A stretch of 64,000 bases of DNA from Marsupella aquatica (Eukaryota; Plantae; Marchantiophyta), in the NCBI GenBank assembly GCA_973895155.1, contig OZ316898.1, forward strand, positions 9,039,079 to 9,103,078. The letters run 5' to 3'. Shown piece by piece: positions 1-13,734 of the stretch. Positions within the stretch are counted from its first letter, which is position 1. The number at the start of each line of letters is the position of its first letter. The translations under genes and the position numbers were made by a program. The notes beneath the pieces were generated by a model that saw only the letters and a program-made list of their open reading frames with translations, was not told the DNA's origin and searched no databases.

Positions 1-103
1 ATAATAATTATACATATTCATAGCTTTCGCGCAACTGTAGACTATAGACGCTCAACGCCGACCTTTCATTAATGTCCACATCGAAGTGTACTCTCTTAGC
101 ATC

Positions 104-120
104 TTTTAGGGTTTAGGGTT
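104..120 (+). repeat. Short interstitial plant telomere-like repeat, about 2 units of TTTAGGG
   Basis: ttttagggtttagggtt. Confidence 0.5.
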
Positions 121-3100
121 GCCATGACTGACATATCTAACCTAAATACATAATCGCAAACAACAGCTAAAATAAAGGGCTACTTTGTAGCCACATCTCT
201 AACATAAGTGGGAACAAAAGATAAACTAAGGAGCTAGAATCTACAGTGAAGCCAATAGCTAAAATTTTACTAATGCAACGCGATCAAACCTACTCTTTAG
301 GGCTAATGTCTAGAGTGAAGCCTCCACACAGTGACTTTTTACCCCGTCTAGACTGTGACTCTAAAAAGATAACAGAAAGGGCATAGTACACAAACATGGA
401 TGTGGGTAAAGATAACCTGAAGATAACAAGAAACGTTTTTTGGAAGACGTTTTTTTGTCTCATCTCTATATATATTCAAGGAATGGGTAATAGACTAGTA
501 GTTATTCACATGTAGGCAAGTCAACAAACACCTAGATGATTACGATAGGCTGAACAAATACTACTTGGGTTTGGCAATCTAATTTTTGCCTTAACAATGT
601 TCAGTGAAACTGAGGGGAGTCCCAAATGGGCGCAGTATTGTAAAAGCTAGCCAAGAAAGTGTTCCCATATGACTAATCTGCAAGGAAATACAGAATGAAA
701 TTTTTTATAAGAATGCAATTATGTAACAAGAGTTTTAGTTGTGCTTGACACTACTGTACTCCAAGGTAGGGGGAAGCACCAAGCTGGTGCTGGAGTACAA
801 TAGTTGAAATTGAACATAGGAACTGAGGTCAATACTATTTATCCAAGCTCAGGGGGACTGTTCAACAGGACCTTAGCAAGAAACACATAGTGTGGAGTCC
901 TACTCTACAAGCTGGCTCCCAAGGATTTTCTTCCCCATCCTCCCACATTGGGCTCCATACACAAGGGGACTTCCATTGCTCTCTGCGTTCTAGGTACCTT
1001 AAGCCTTTTTTTTGGGGGGGGGGGGGGGGGGGGGGCATCATCTACTATTGTTGACAATACAGGCTGGGCAATTCTATAACAGGGCGGTTGTCAATAATTC
1101 ATTCTCTGGCCATTTTGAGCCCCCATCAGTTCAACTGAACTCTATCCAGCCAATAATACAATCTAAAGACTATAATTATATAAGGGCTTAAACCTCAAAA
1201 CTGATAGAAAAAGTTATGGACAATCAAATACATGATCCTAACTTTTTGCCATTACCATAAGTTCCTCTACAAGATAAAGAGAAAGACCTAAAAAAATGGT
1301 GACAAAGCCCTATAAACAATGTTACGGCCAGATCTTCATGGCCAAAAGCCATCACCTACGCAGATGAGACTTTGAGACTCCCTTATCTGTTATCTTGTCC
1401 TTTCTTTCTCATGGTCTGTTTATGCAATGGCATGTTAGCATGAGCTTCCTTGGCTGTTTGACTACAGTGACAATTCTTAATTTAGAGTGGGGCCTAATTA
1501 AAGGTGCCATTTCAATGCACATTTGCTATTCCCAACGTGTCAGTCTTCCACTTCTTGCATATTCCTCAAAATCTAATTGTCAGGCTCACTCCCTTGCCTG
1601 TAGTTGCTTGAGAACACTTCCATTCAACATTACTTATTACGGAAATATTTTGCATTGCACAGGCATTGGACAAATCATGCATACAAAATAATCTTTTATA
1701 TTTTGTGAATTTCCATTATTCAGTGTTTTCTTAAGAGTTCAACATAGGTTGCAATTGATGGCTCAAGACATAAATCACCATGACTTGGGGGTCGCACTGT
1801 CACCTGCATCATTTGTAAGCCTGAGACCCCCTAAAATGTAAGAAAATTCTATTTGTTTATCCCTATAAGGTGGAATATTCTAAAAAATTGTTAAAACCCA
1901 TGACAATGTTATTACAAGACTCAAAATTGGATTCAAAAGAACCTAATGTTCTTCCACAAAAATTTCCAAGTCTTCCCTAAATTTAGAACCAATAAAATGA
2001 CTCAATTCTTTGTTGCACGTGATGTGCCAATTCTGTGAAAGTGAAACCCCCCAGCATCATGAGAACTACGTTCCTTAAAAAGAGGATATCAAACATAATA
2101 AGAAAATCATCAAGATAGCAGCAACCACCAAGGGCAGCAGCACCATAGGTGTTAACAGCAAAAGATGAAAAATATGGAGCATCACCCCTATTGAGATCTC
2201 AAAAGAAGGCACCCCAAATCTACAAGATATTAATGTTGGATAAACCCCAACATTTCATTGGATGACTTAAGGAATTATGTTTATGCTAAAACCTGTTTGG
2301 GGCCTTTTCCCCTCTTGTCCTTCCCTTCTTTGGGTTGCTCTGCTGTTGGGATCATCTCTCCCGGTTTGGTTTTTTTTTGCTTTTGGCACTGTGATAGAAA
2401 AAAATGTTTGGTGTGATCTCTAAAGGTCAACATACCTGCTGAGAAATGTTGGCTAAGTCTTAGCTAAGTCCGATCCACATCTATTGTAGTGACAAAGCCT
2501 AAGGTAACGATCCACATGTCATGTTGTACCAATATCACTGAAATCTGCTGACTAAACTTTGCTACCAAAATTGATTGTGGTGTTCCTATGGGAATGTCCG
2601 ATTGTGAATGTCTCAAGGCCATCAAACTAATGAATGACGAAGGGCTGTTCCTCCCCACAACAAGAAGTAGATAGGACTTTAATAGACTTAAGGGCCTAAG
2701 AGATTCTTTAATTTACCATTTTAGTAAAAATACAGAAGAGAGGTATGACTTTGTGGTAGCTCACTTGAGTAGCGATTGATAGGTCTTGGGTTCAACTATT
2801 GTGGGCCGACTCTTCCCAACTATTGTGGCTGACTCTTCCCTTTCTGTGGGGTTTCACAGATTTCTCTAAGTAAAACAAGAAATTTAAAAATTTCAAATAC
2901 ATGAGAAGTTCATTAAATAGAACTAGGCAGTGAATACACTTTTTGGCTAGGTATCAATGAAACACCAGAAAAGTAGACTGAGAAAACCTCTTTGTGGGGA
3001 AATTTGAAAATGACCATTCGCAAAGCCTGGAAGCAAGTAAAGAAATCTTTGTGGTGATCGAAGATTGCAAACTAAGTTACCACTGAGGTGGTGAGTGAGC

Positions 3101-4571
3101 AGCCTAGTGGAGATTATTTTACTGATCCAAATCTGGACTGGGCATTCTTCGTCTAAGATGCACCAAAATTCTAAGACAAAATCACACAATGCAGCAAGTT
3201 AAATTAGGTCACGAACACATTTTTGGTTAGGTATCAGCCAAACAGAAAAAGAGTACACCTTCTGGTTGAAAAACATACAACAATATATTTACAAGAAGGG
3301 CCAAACAACGTACAATATAGAACAAACAGAAAAGGTCCAACGCAGACAACCCGCAAAAGGCTGCTTAAAAAATAGAATATTTCCTTGTGACCAAGAATTG
3401 CAAACCAAGTTATCCCTAAGGTGATGAGTGAGCAAACTGGAAAGGTTATTTGTGTGCCCATAGATATCCGGAAAGAAGTGTGAAAAATCTTGCTCCATTG
3501 CGCGATTGGATTGCAGAGGGTGCAAATTTGTTGTGAAAATAATAATATGAGAAGATAGAGCGCAGAATTTACAACCCAAAATCTCCCAACTAAGTTGAAA
3601 ACTGTTACTTAATGGACCCATTAGGCACCATGAGTTTTTGGGTACCTTAATTTGAGGTCCATCAATGGTTTGGATCACTCATGGGTCCATAAAAAATTCA
3701 TTTTTTTTTAAAGGGCCATCAAATCAATCAAGTCAAACATATTTCTCGAACAGGTGGGTAGGGTGCTCAGGACAAGAGAAAGCACAAAAATACCGCAAAG
3801 AGATTATTAGGTTTAATTTCAGTCTCCATACGGTTCACGAGTAAATAACTGGTAGAATCTTACGTGTCTTCCTCACTGCAGCCCCCGGCAAATCCGGATC
3901 ATCGTCTCCTTGGACAATACTTGCCCCATAATATTCCCTGCCCAATGTACCCCCCCTCCCAGAAACGCCCGGGTTTCACCGCGTGTCGTGTCATCATGGG
4001 TGTCTTCGTTGACGGAATGACGCTTGCTTGTCCTGACCGCAGGACGAAAACACGTCTCCGGACAAAAAGGGGGGCACGGAAAAGAGAAGAAAGTAAATAA
4101 TAATAATAGAGCAAATAACAAACATGAAGGTCAAGTGGTAAAGTGTAACTGACTCCGAATCAGCACAACCAGCTTTTTGTACCAGTGCTGCCCGCGGATA
4201 AGATCCCACGACCAATTATTGGCTTGATACTCACCAGCTTATTATTGTTTTAAGGATTTTGGTTTTTCGCCAGACTGACTAATGTCACCTGTACCTGTAT
4301 GTCAAAGCGAAGAAACTTCTCTAATTTTTTAAGACTAAATTTTGACAGTTGAATATTAGATTCTGGTGGTCAATTTGGTCTGTGATTTAGATGCACTCCG
4401 CGGGTGCCGTAAGGAAGTTTTGCATGACTTTTATAGTATCTAGGGCATCTCGTTGGTGCCGATGGAGACAAAGTAATGGAAGGTGGCTAACTTTGACCAA
4501 AAGTGGTTACTAGTTTCTGGTGGGTGGAATTTGTGGTTAAGTTTTTGCACTTGGGAGAATTCCTCATACTT

Positions 4572-4690
4572 GAGACATATACTTGATAGACCGCCAACGT
4601 GAAAAATGTTTATTGGACCACATGAGTGACCATTGATAGTCTTAAATCAACATACCCAAAACCTCATTGGGTCTATCAAGTATATCTCTC
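4572..4690. mobile_element. Mutator-like MITE (~119 bp)
   Basis: 21-bp TIRs GAGACATATACTTGATAGACC / GGTCTATCAAGTATATCTCTC with 1 mismatch. Flanks cctcatact(t) / cctgatact(c) resemble a 9-10 bp TSD. The internal cactcatgg-like motif is shared with 8843-8996 and ~3605-3746. Confidence 0.65.
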
Positions 4691-6387
4691 CCTGATACTC
4701 ACACTCAAACACTTCTCTACCTAAACCCCATCACCCAGGGAATCCTCTTACCTAGGAAGAAACCAAGGAATAACATATATGCACTTTTATTGGCATCCCA
4801 GCAAATTTTCCTTCACATCATGATAGTGACCAGCTAAAATTTAAGGTTTTTCCTTTTTTTGCTAGGATGTCTAATTTCACCATGTGTGAAGGAGGAGATG
4901 CTAAGAATATCCCTTATATAATTTCCCATATTAGTTTCTGACCATCAGGTTTCCTTAGATTAAAGGATAAACCGTAAATTCTGAGAAATGCGGACGATGG
5001 CTAGGTGGGAAAGAGGCTAATGCAGATGGAAATCCTAGCAAATTTCTGTAAATAGTGGCAAAGACTTTCAGAGAGGTGGAATCTAGCCAATTTATGCCAC
5101 CAAAAAATATGTCCACAATGACCCAGGACAAATTTCCTCCCTTGAAATCACTTGTGTATTTTGAAAAATATTTAGGTTGAAAGAGACAAATTCATCAAGT
5201 ACTGTTGACTGTATACACTACCGTAGAGCAAACATGTAACACTCTTTCACAAGAAATAGTCATTCTCCTTCAATGACGTCTGATGCTGGACTTATCCATG
5301 ACTCGATCCATACTAGTTATCTCAAAGGGCAGTACTACACTAGGGGCGGGGCCTTAAACCATTTTGGGGTTGACGTTTTGGGGTGTCTATTAACTATTCA
5401 ACTATTCGTTCTTCTGTCTTGTGAAACTGGGTTTTGGATTTAGTACACCACTGGCCATATAAAAGGAGAAGCCTCCAAGACTTCTCACTTTTTCACATTA
5501 CTCTCCTCTACCATGAAACTTTCTTGCACAATTTCAAAAAACAAACTAAAAATGGTGGAACCAGGATTTTGTAATGGTAATGGCTCAATAGATTTCTTGT
5601 CACATGCAAACTCTGTGGCGTGACCATTTGAACAGGACTCAAAGTTTACAATGTCAAGGACGATGGTGCAGACCTGTCTTCGTCAACCTTGACATTGTCA
5701 TCACCTGTACAATGTTTCAGTGTTTGCATGTATTCTTAACTGACCTTGGCCTACAGCAACTGGATAAAGTATATAGTTGCAACGAAAGAAATTGAGAGAC
5801 TGCTTTTCAGTTTTGTTTAGACTCTCAGCCTGCTTATTTGCAAATCACATATTAGCCAAGTCAACTATATATATAAGAGCAAACAATAAAATTGAGAGAC
5901 TGCACAGTAAAGACATTGGCTAACTTGCAAATCACATAACCAACTCCTTTGCATAAAAGGTTACTAGAATAATAGGATTCAGTTGTAAAAAATGCGATAA
6001 GTTTAGGGTTGGGAATTATACTAACAGGGGAAATTACAAATGTAAGACGGCAAAGCACAAGAAATAGCTTGAGTTTTACCAGGGACCTGATCCATTTAGA
6101 GTGTCTTCTGATCTAAAAAGGTGCTAAGATATGCATTGCATATTGTCTGATAAAATGAGAAGCCACCAAGTGGTCCTTTCAAAATATCAACTCCAAAGGT
6201 GGACTGAACTAGACTGTCCACATTATGTTTTTGGGGCCCCCACTGCAGTTATGTAGGATTGGAAGGACTCCGATACAAGGGACCTCTCAACTTCATGTCA
6301 AGCCAAAGTGGACCAGTTACTAGAGATGAAAACTTGTGATGAAATCTGAAAGTAAAATCTCTGAAGTTGTTTCTCAGTGGTTGTACT

Positions 6388-6731
6388 TGTTGAGCATAGA
6401 CAACATTCGTAACAACAAGCCCATGAACCATCCAATGCACAATAATCGACACAGAGAGATACATGATTCACCTCCACATGAGGCTACGTCCACGGGAACA
6501 CACAAGAGCTTTACTGTACTCTAGGTCGACCAGCCATACCAAGCATCCACAACACAAGCTCTCCCTATCTCTCAATTAGCTCCGTAACAGTGAAACTAAG
6601 TTTCACCAGGGTCTGACATCAGCCCTGGCTATATGCACAACAACACTACCGCTAACATTAGCTTAGTCCTAACCCGAGTTAGACTAACTGTGGTTAGCTC
6701 ATGAGTCACAAGACTAGAGCAATATCTAACA
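6388..6731 (+). mobile_element. Solo LTR, 344 bp (family copy 1)
   Basis: TGTTGAG...CTAACA termini. Perfect 5-bp TSD GTACT (6383-6387 / 6732-6736). Homologous to 33836-34179 and 42889-43232. Confidence 0.85.
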
Positions 6732-7491
6732 GTACTCTACTTTTGTAAAGTCCCCCAAAATTAATGAAATAATTTTGGATATCTTTGAAAGGAAAATGCC
6801 CTCACAGAAGGCACTAACAATCTTCTTCTAAATCCAAGTGACAAGGGTGTCATACAACTCAGTCTCTATCCGCGAATTGAATTAGTGTTATTGTGGTCTC
6901 AAGAGTGAAAAATAGTGGCAAAAAAGCTGTTTTGAAAATTACACAAGAATTAGTGTTACATTAGACTCAAGATCACCCATTTCAACTAGCACTCGCAACA
7001 AAATTTGGAAAGACATATTTTGATAAACCTGCAAAAATTAGTGTTATTTTGGACTCATGAGTCACGTTTATCAAAATTACACTAATTTGGTAGTTATTAG
7101 ATAACAATAGTAAGGGTGAACAGTGCAGGAGCCTTTTGTTCTTTGGCGCATAAAATATTTCAAACCTTATAAATTCAATTGAGTACAAAATAAAGAGAAA
7201 ATACATAAGTTATTTGTCAATGCAAAATACTCTACGTTTCCAACTCGTCCGGCAAGTGGAGAATATTACCCTGAAGTACAGTCCTTGTTTGTGCCTGAAT
7301 CGACAGTGAAACACGAAAGCTTGTTTGTCCTCTTTCCCTTCACACGCCTTTTGTAGTTTTGTCTGTAATCCCTCCACCTGTCAACGCGCTCATGGCAGAA
7401 CGGGCATTTCCCTAGGGCAGGGCAGGTCAAAGGTGGGCCGTGGGTGTTCCTGGCAAATTGGGGCAAGGTCCGGGCACGGCACGAGACGGGG

Positions 7492-7703
7492 CGGGGCGGG
7501 CTGCAAGTCGGACAAAGAAAAGAAGACGGGAGTCCGGAGTGGGCAGGGAGTGGGCAGGGAGTGGGCAGGGGCTGCGAGTCGGACAACGATAAGAAGACCG
7601 GAGGGAGTGGGGAGGGGCTGCGAGTCGGACAACGATGGGAAGACCGGAGTGGGCAGGGGCTGCGAGTCGGACAAAGATGGGAAGACCGGAGTGGGCAAGG
7701 GCA
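7492..7703 (+). repeat. G-rich minisatellite, ~42-bp core, about 4 units
   Basis: Core GGGCTGCGAGTCGGACAACGATGGGAAGACCGGAGTGGGCAG; ctgc(a/g)agtcgg recurs at 7501, 7572, 7618, 7660. Confidence 0.85.
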
Positions 7704-7849
7704 GCATGTGTAACAAATAATTATGTATAGGGTAATTATAGTGTGGCCTGGGGTTACTAGTATGTAACCTTGTGACCAGAAAATGAAAAAATATTAACCT
7801 ACCTTTGTGACCAGAAAGTGAAAAAATGCTCACAGGTGATAACCTGGAA

Positions 7850-8075
7850 AATTTTCTGAGCTTTATGATAACAGGGCTCAGACTAGAACCCCAGCCCAAA
7901 GAGTCTTTATACTAAGCAATATTTTCCAGGAAAAGATTATCAGGTAGGACTTTCTGAGCACATGGTTATGAAAATGGTACCAGATATTCCTGTAGAAGAT
8001 GGCATTTGGAAAGATTTTTAGAGCTTTATGAGATTAGGGTTCAGACTAGAACCCCAATCCAAATAGTCTTTATCA
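7850..8075 (+). repeat. Diverged direct repeat, ~160-bp period
   Basis: gagctttatga...cagactagaacccca...agtctttat at ~7858 and ~8021. Confidence 0.6.
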
Positions 8076-8518
8076 TACATAATATCAATCCTTGGAAAGA
8101 GGTTAACAGGTAAGACTTTCCTAGTACAGGGTTATTTCCTAGCACAGGGTTATGAAAATGATAGCACCTATTAGAAAAGGTTTCTTCCTGACACAACTTA
8201 CTGCAAAAATATGGTACCCAAATACCTTACAAACACTTACAGTAGTTATGGGAAATTCCATCCCTGATACAGAACTTCAGCCTTCAGGTCTGTTTGTACA
8301 ACTTGAAATATTAGGTGAATTTAAGAGAACGTATGAGCATATTGATGTAAACATTGATTTATCAAAGTATACATACATTTTCGTAAGAAAAGAGATCTAG
8401 AAATCATTAATGACATTCGTTTTTCAAATTGGAAGAATACAAAATCTCATCTCTTTGTGCATGGATGCGCAAACCTGGTGTCCCTACTATATATCGTAGT
8501 GCTATATCCCAGTCCCAG

Positions 8519-8806
8519 CAAGACATGGATATTAATTATTTTTGGTTCCAAAATGAGATAACTCCATGTACAATATTACACCTGTTTTAGTTTTTCAGGT
8601 TTTAAATAATTTCAAGCACTAAAAAAAACTCAGTGTTTATGTTCAGAATATGCTCAAATGTACAAGACATGGATATTAATTATTTTTGGTTCCAAAAATG
8701 AGATAACTCCATGTACAATATTCACCTGTTTTAGTTTTTCAGGTTTTAAAACAATTCAAGCACTAAAAAAACTCAGTGTTTATGTTCAGAATATGTTCAA
8801 ATGTAC
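8519..8806 (+). repeat. Tandem duplication, 144-bp period x2
   Basis: caagacatggatattaattatttttggttcc... starts at 8519 and 8663; the copies are near-identical. Confidence 0.9.
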
Positions 8807-8842
8807 ATTTTGCACAATCACCCTTAAACATTTTGCCTCATG

Positions 8843-8996
8843 GAGAGATGTACTCGATGAACCCCTGAATTGAAATGTCTTACTTGAGAGACCCCATGAT
8901 TTTGGGTTGATTGATTTGATATCTACAAACGAACTGGATCACTCATGGGTTCATCAAGAAACACTTTGCATGTTGGGGTCCATCAAGTATTTCTCT
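8843..8996. mobile_element. Second, more diverged copy of the Mutator-like MITE
   Basis: gagagatgtactcgatgaacccc ... ggggtccatcaagtatttctct inverted ends; shares the gatcactcatggg core. Confidence 0.5.
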
Positions 8997-11323
8997 AGAG
9001 CAAAATTCTAAAAAATAATTATCGACCCGAATGACACTGCGGTTCTTACTGTAGTAGGGCCCTCCAGCTTTGCAATAGCGGTTGTGGTAAAAGCCTATGC
9101 GCCGACCGTAATGATGATGAGGGGCCTTCTACAGTAACTACTACGGTACTACCGCACCATTCTGCCAGCCAGCAGGTCTCACACGGAAGCACACTTTTTC
9201 TACCATAAAGGGGGTATTCGAATTGTCAACGTGGTGACGCGGTTGCTGGGTTACGCGCAGTGCTATCACACTACGGGTACTGTACTCCTCTTGTAGCACT
9301 GACCCTGCCCCACAAATCTGTTGGTCTCTATCACTCTATCATAGGAATAAATTAAAAAATAAAGAATTGCAAAGGAAGGGTAGGTATGATCCCAAACGCC
9401 AATAAAAAGTAAGTGTGTGTGTGTGGGGGGGGGGGGGGGGTGTTAGAACCGGAACAATACAAGAACCAAAAGCCAGAAAATAAAACAGCCCAATAACTGG
9501 AACTTCAAAAGAAGTAATAAGTGGACCCGCTTGTTTCTTTGCATAATTAAGGTGTTTCAATTTATGAGCTTGGTTGGAGTTTATGAATTAATGAATGCAT
9601 CTAAAGAATGTGTTTTTCATGACCTGAAATTGGTTTTTTGGAGCAAACAATTCTTTGGATCATTTAATTCAGAACTTACTTTTTATCAAGTTATTCAAAA
9701 GTTGTCATTGGAAATTTGAGAGTTGGCTTACCTAGATTAGCTACAACTTAAGTTTTGAGGCATGAACTTCTTGTGGAATGAGATACATTTAGTCAGTTAA
9801 TGACAGTTTTGGTTGATGACCTTTGCCCTTGTCCCTCCTGCATTCACTCTTTTCTCCATTTATTTCATAATTATTCGCTTGCCTTGATCTTTGTCGCTTC
9901 CACTCTCATGCAAGTCTGGAAAGCTTATCCTTTTGTCAATTTTTTGTAATTGGAAATCATAATTTCTATACTATAGTCTCTGATCAAAGGTCTTTTGTTT
10001 CAAGGCCTACTTTGTAGAGTGAAGGAATAGGCTGTATTTATCTCGTAGTCCAGTATTTTGACTATGCTTGTGAACAGGGACAGGCATGGGTAGTTTGGGT
10101 ATGAGCGGCCCTTCCTGTGAATACGCACCTGTATCTGAGTTAGTTCTGGGAAACCTAGGTTTATAAGGTCTGCCATGTGATCTCCATTAATACAGTTTTT
10201 TAGGCATATAAGATTTCTAAGTCTACATGAAAGCTATAAAAATATGCCTTTCAACTAGGATAATGTTTGAGCAAAGAAGCCCTACTGTAGATGGACAAAA
10301 GGGAAGTCTGTCCATCCATGAATGCTCATACAGGGGAAACCCTCGCACTCTACCAGGAACGAAGCACTTTTTCAGTTCATGTCTTAGTGGAATTCTCATT
10401 GGAATGAAAGGGTACCGTAAGGCTCAGAAGATTGGATTAGAGCACCCCCACCCATTGGAATGAAAGGGTACATTAAGGGCTGTGTTCCATTCACCCTCCT
10501 TTATGGCCTACCCCCGTTGCGTGACCCTCTCCAGGATTGTCGGAGCGAATGGCGGGCGTTTGTGGTTTGGGGGGTCACCCTTGAACAGATGGCAGAATGG
10601 GAAGGCAGCGAGGCCCTTCCGGTTCACAGTTCCACCCTTCGTATGACCGGTGAAGTCGGTTGCAGAGAACCTTTTACCTGCAGCAGCCCGTTCTGTGACC
10701 GATGAACTGTCGCTTCGACGGCGCTTTGACAGAAAAGTCCCTTTCGATGTCAATGTTCTCATCTCGCGCCAGGAAATGTCACGGCCAATTCATAGATTCT
10801 CGTGATCATGGATCATGTCACTTGCAGCACAGATTGTGCGCCTTTCGGATTGATCATCGATTGCAAGCTGAAAGTGAAATCATTTTCAGCGCCTTGCAAT
10901 TTCCAAGGCGCACTTGAGTTTCAGATTTTGCGGGGCGTTTTCCGTGAGTGACTCCCACTGGAGAAAATCAACCTGTATCCAATGCGCAATAGATTCTTTA
11001 TCATTCTTGGTGCTACTGAGTTTATCATGCGTTCATTGTCGTTTGTCGACTCTCGTGGTTTGCTCTCATTTCTCTCTTGATCTTTGGGAGCTCTCATCTG
11101 AATTGTTTCGTCAATTGGTTCCCATCTTTGGTAGATTCAAGCATTCAATCAACCTTGGCGCATAACAATCTTAGGTGTCTTAATTACACAGTAGCATTAT
11201 GAAACTGGTCGAGAGCTCCCAAAGATCTTGACATTTATGCTACTACTAACCTTTCTGCTTCTACGTACTAACTTTTCTCCTACAAATTGACAGGATCAAG
11301 GGATTCATTTGATTATAAGGATA

Positions 11324-12457
11324 ATGGTTGCATTTCCAGCAACCTCTGCGACTTTTGAAGCCACGAGCTGTGAATCTGCACCACCAATGCCTGGGGAATT
11401 CAGCACGCCAGCAAGTAGCACTCAAGCAGCTCCTTCCAATGAGTCCCTACCTGCCACCGACTCACAGGCCTTCTCAATGGGGGTTCGAAGTCACGTAAGC
11501 AACACACAAGCTCAAAGATGGAAAATGGCAGAATTGAGGTTGCTGCTTTCATTAAAGAAGGATGAGTATGAGCGAAGCATACTTGACACTCCACGTGATA
11601 GGATTAAATCTGCAGATGCTCGATGGCAGATTGTCACTGTAGGTCTGTTGAAGTATGGCTTCAACAGGAAGTAGGCTTTAATACGGAAGAAATGGGAGAA
11701 GTTGATGACTGATTTCAAGAAAATTTTTGATTACCAGAGAAAGCCTCCTTCTGGTGAGCTTGGCTATTTTGAGATGGGCTCTGAGGATAGGAAACGTTTC
11801 AACCTCCCACCGCAATACGATAGTGAGGTCTACAGATTAATGCAATGTTGGGTCCCTGGTAGGCGTGCAGTTCAACCTGACCCTGACCAACTAATGGACA
11901 GTTCCCTAGATGAAGAGCGACCCTTGTCAAATTCAGGAGGGACTCATCCAGCTGATACACAACCAGTAGCATATACAGAGGGTACCCAAGCAGAAAGCTT
12001 TGCTGGACCACGTTCGGAGGCAGATGAAGCAATGCACAGATCACAAGTAAATAATGAGCGAGATGGAGAGCGGGATGGACAGCGGGATCAACCACCCACT
12101 GGAGAAGAGAATTCCGAGTCCAATGCAGTCCCAAATCACCCTGCTGCACAGGGACGCTTGCTGAAAAAATCCAGGAAGGACAGGCTCGACGACCACTTTA
12201 AAAACGCCAATGCAGAGCTGGTGAAAGCAATGGCTGCACAAGCAGAAAAGAGAGATTTGAATGATAAGGCACTTTTGGATTGGGAAAAAGAAAAGCATGT
12301 AGTCATGGCTCAGAATGACTTGAAGAAGCACGCAGATACAGTGAACATGCAAGAGAAAATGTCAAGCGAAATTTCTGGAGCTTTACGTGACGTTTCCTCC
12401 TCATTCAAGTTTTTTGCTACGGAGATGAGCAAAAGTATTTCACGAGGGAGGGAGTAG
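11324..12457 (+). pseudogene. PIF/Harbinger ORF1 Myb/SANT (trihelix) DNA-binding protein, interrupted by one in-frame TAG at 11672-11674
   Basis: ORFs 11309-11674 and 11702-12457 share a frame: RWKMAELRLLL...RWQIV...GFNRK*ALIRKKWEKLMTDFKKIFDY. Trihelix Trp pattern, then a low-complexity linker and C-terminal coiled coil. Confidence 0.85.
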
Positions 12458-13734
12458 TAGGATTACCAGATGTGCGACCAGATGGCTAGGGAGATTGATA
12501 TGAGAGCTGATTTGGAAACCATGTTGATTTGGTCGTACTCTACTTGGCTGGAAAAAAGGGACATTCGAACTTATAGCCAAAGTTTACTGAAGGCACTTCG
12601 TCAATAAAGAATCCTTTTAGGTAGGTCAGTAGGATTAGACATAGGATTCAGCAACGCACAAAGCGGACAATCTCAAAGTTCTGAGTATATAGAAGAATGA
12701 CCTTGTCGTAGCTTCTAATTGTCCCGAGCTCAAGCTCTTAGCTCTCTTGGACGCATATATTAGGCTTGAGCTCATACAATGTTCATCTTCATTCTTATTT
12801 GTAGCTTAACATCTTCATTCTTATCTTGGATCCTCGTCTGTCTCGTATGGTGCTGAAATATTGAAGGGTGCACAGAAATTAGTGCGGGCCAGGGGAAAGG
12901 AACCATTTAAAAACTGGATCCACTGTTAATGTTCTCTTTTTCCCGTCATAGGTGTACACAATGATTTTCCAAGCTAAATTCGTAATTGCCCCCCGAATCT
13001 CCAGTCAAGGGAATGATTTTCTCATTTCTCCTAGATTCATGAAGGATCTGTACCATGTTGGTGCAAAAGTTCCAAGACCTTGAACGTCGCCATGGGAGGA
13101 GCTCCACATTAGAATTTCCTTTGCCCGCATTGCTCCTAGGTAAGAGTCTCCAACCCTCGCTGCTCTTCAAAGTCAAAAATTGTCCTCATTATTCAAAATC
13201 TCCTGGCTCCTGAATGAGTTATCTTTGGGAGAATCTGGACGGCCAGATGTTACACACAAACAGGGAAGGACCAAAAATCTGAGAAGATGAGGCAAATGCC
13301 TGAACAAACGTAGATATTTGCAACCATCAAGAATGAAATGACCAATACAATAGGTCTCTTTAAGAGCTCATATAGCTTGAGGCTATAAAACAACCACGAT
13401 TTGATACTGATCTAGATCATCATGCTAACTTCAATTTGACGTTGACAAAATGTACTCCTTGCTGATTAAGAAGCACCACGCGCCTTCTATACAGATCATC
13501 CCAACTCGAGATCTATCCAGACTGCACTCGATTCTACACAAGGAGCACATACTTTTAGCAGCTAGCAAGCTGATATGAAGAGGCAGACGCTGGACTCGAA
13601 AGAGACAGTAGGAAATATCTCAACGACTCTGCAAGGATAGTGCACAAAGGTTCCTCCTATTATTTACAGCCTCCATGAGCTGTACATGACCACAATACTC
13701 AGCAGCACGAACTTGAAACGTTCATGAAAACACC

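Noticed and set aside
7266-7899. Overlapping 89-169 aa ORFs on both strands
   Set aside because: Products of the G-rich tandem repeat; no recognisable domain.
11672-11674. ORF1 TAG repaired by U-to-C editing or programmed readthrough
   Set aside because: Reverse editing is known only for organellar transcripts and the context lacks the CARYYA readthrough motif; a point mutation is simpler.
12946-13300. Possible cargo gene inside the Harbinger element
   Set aside because: The minus-strand frames I translated gave only short ORFs with no recognisable motifs.
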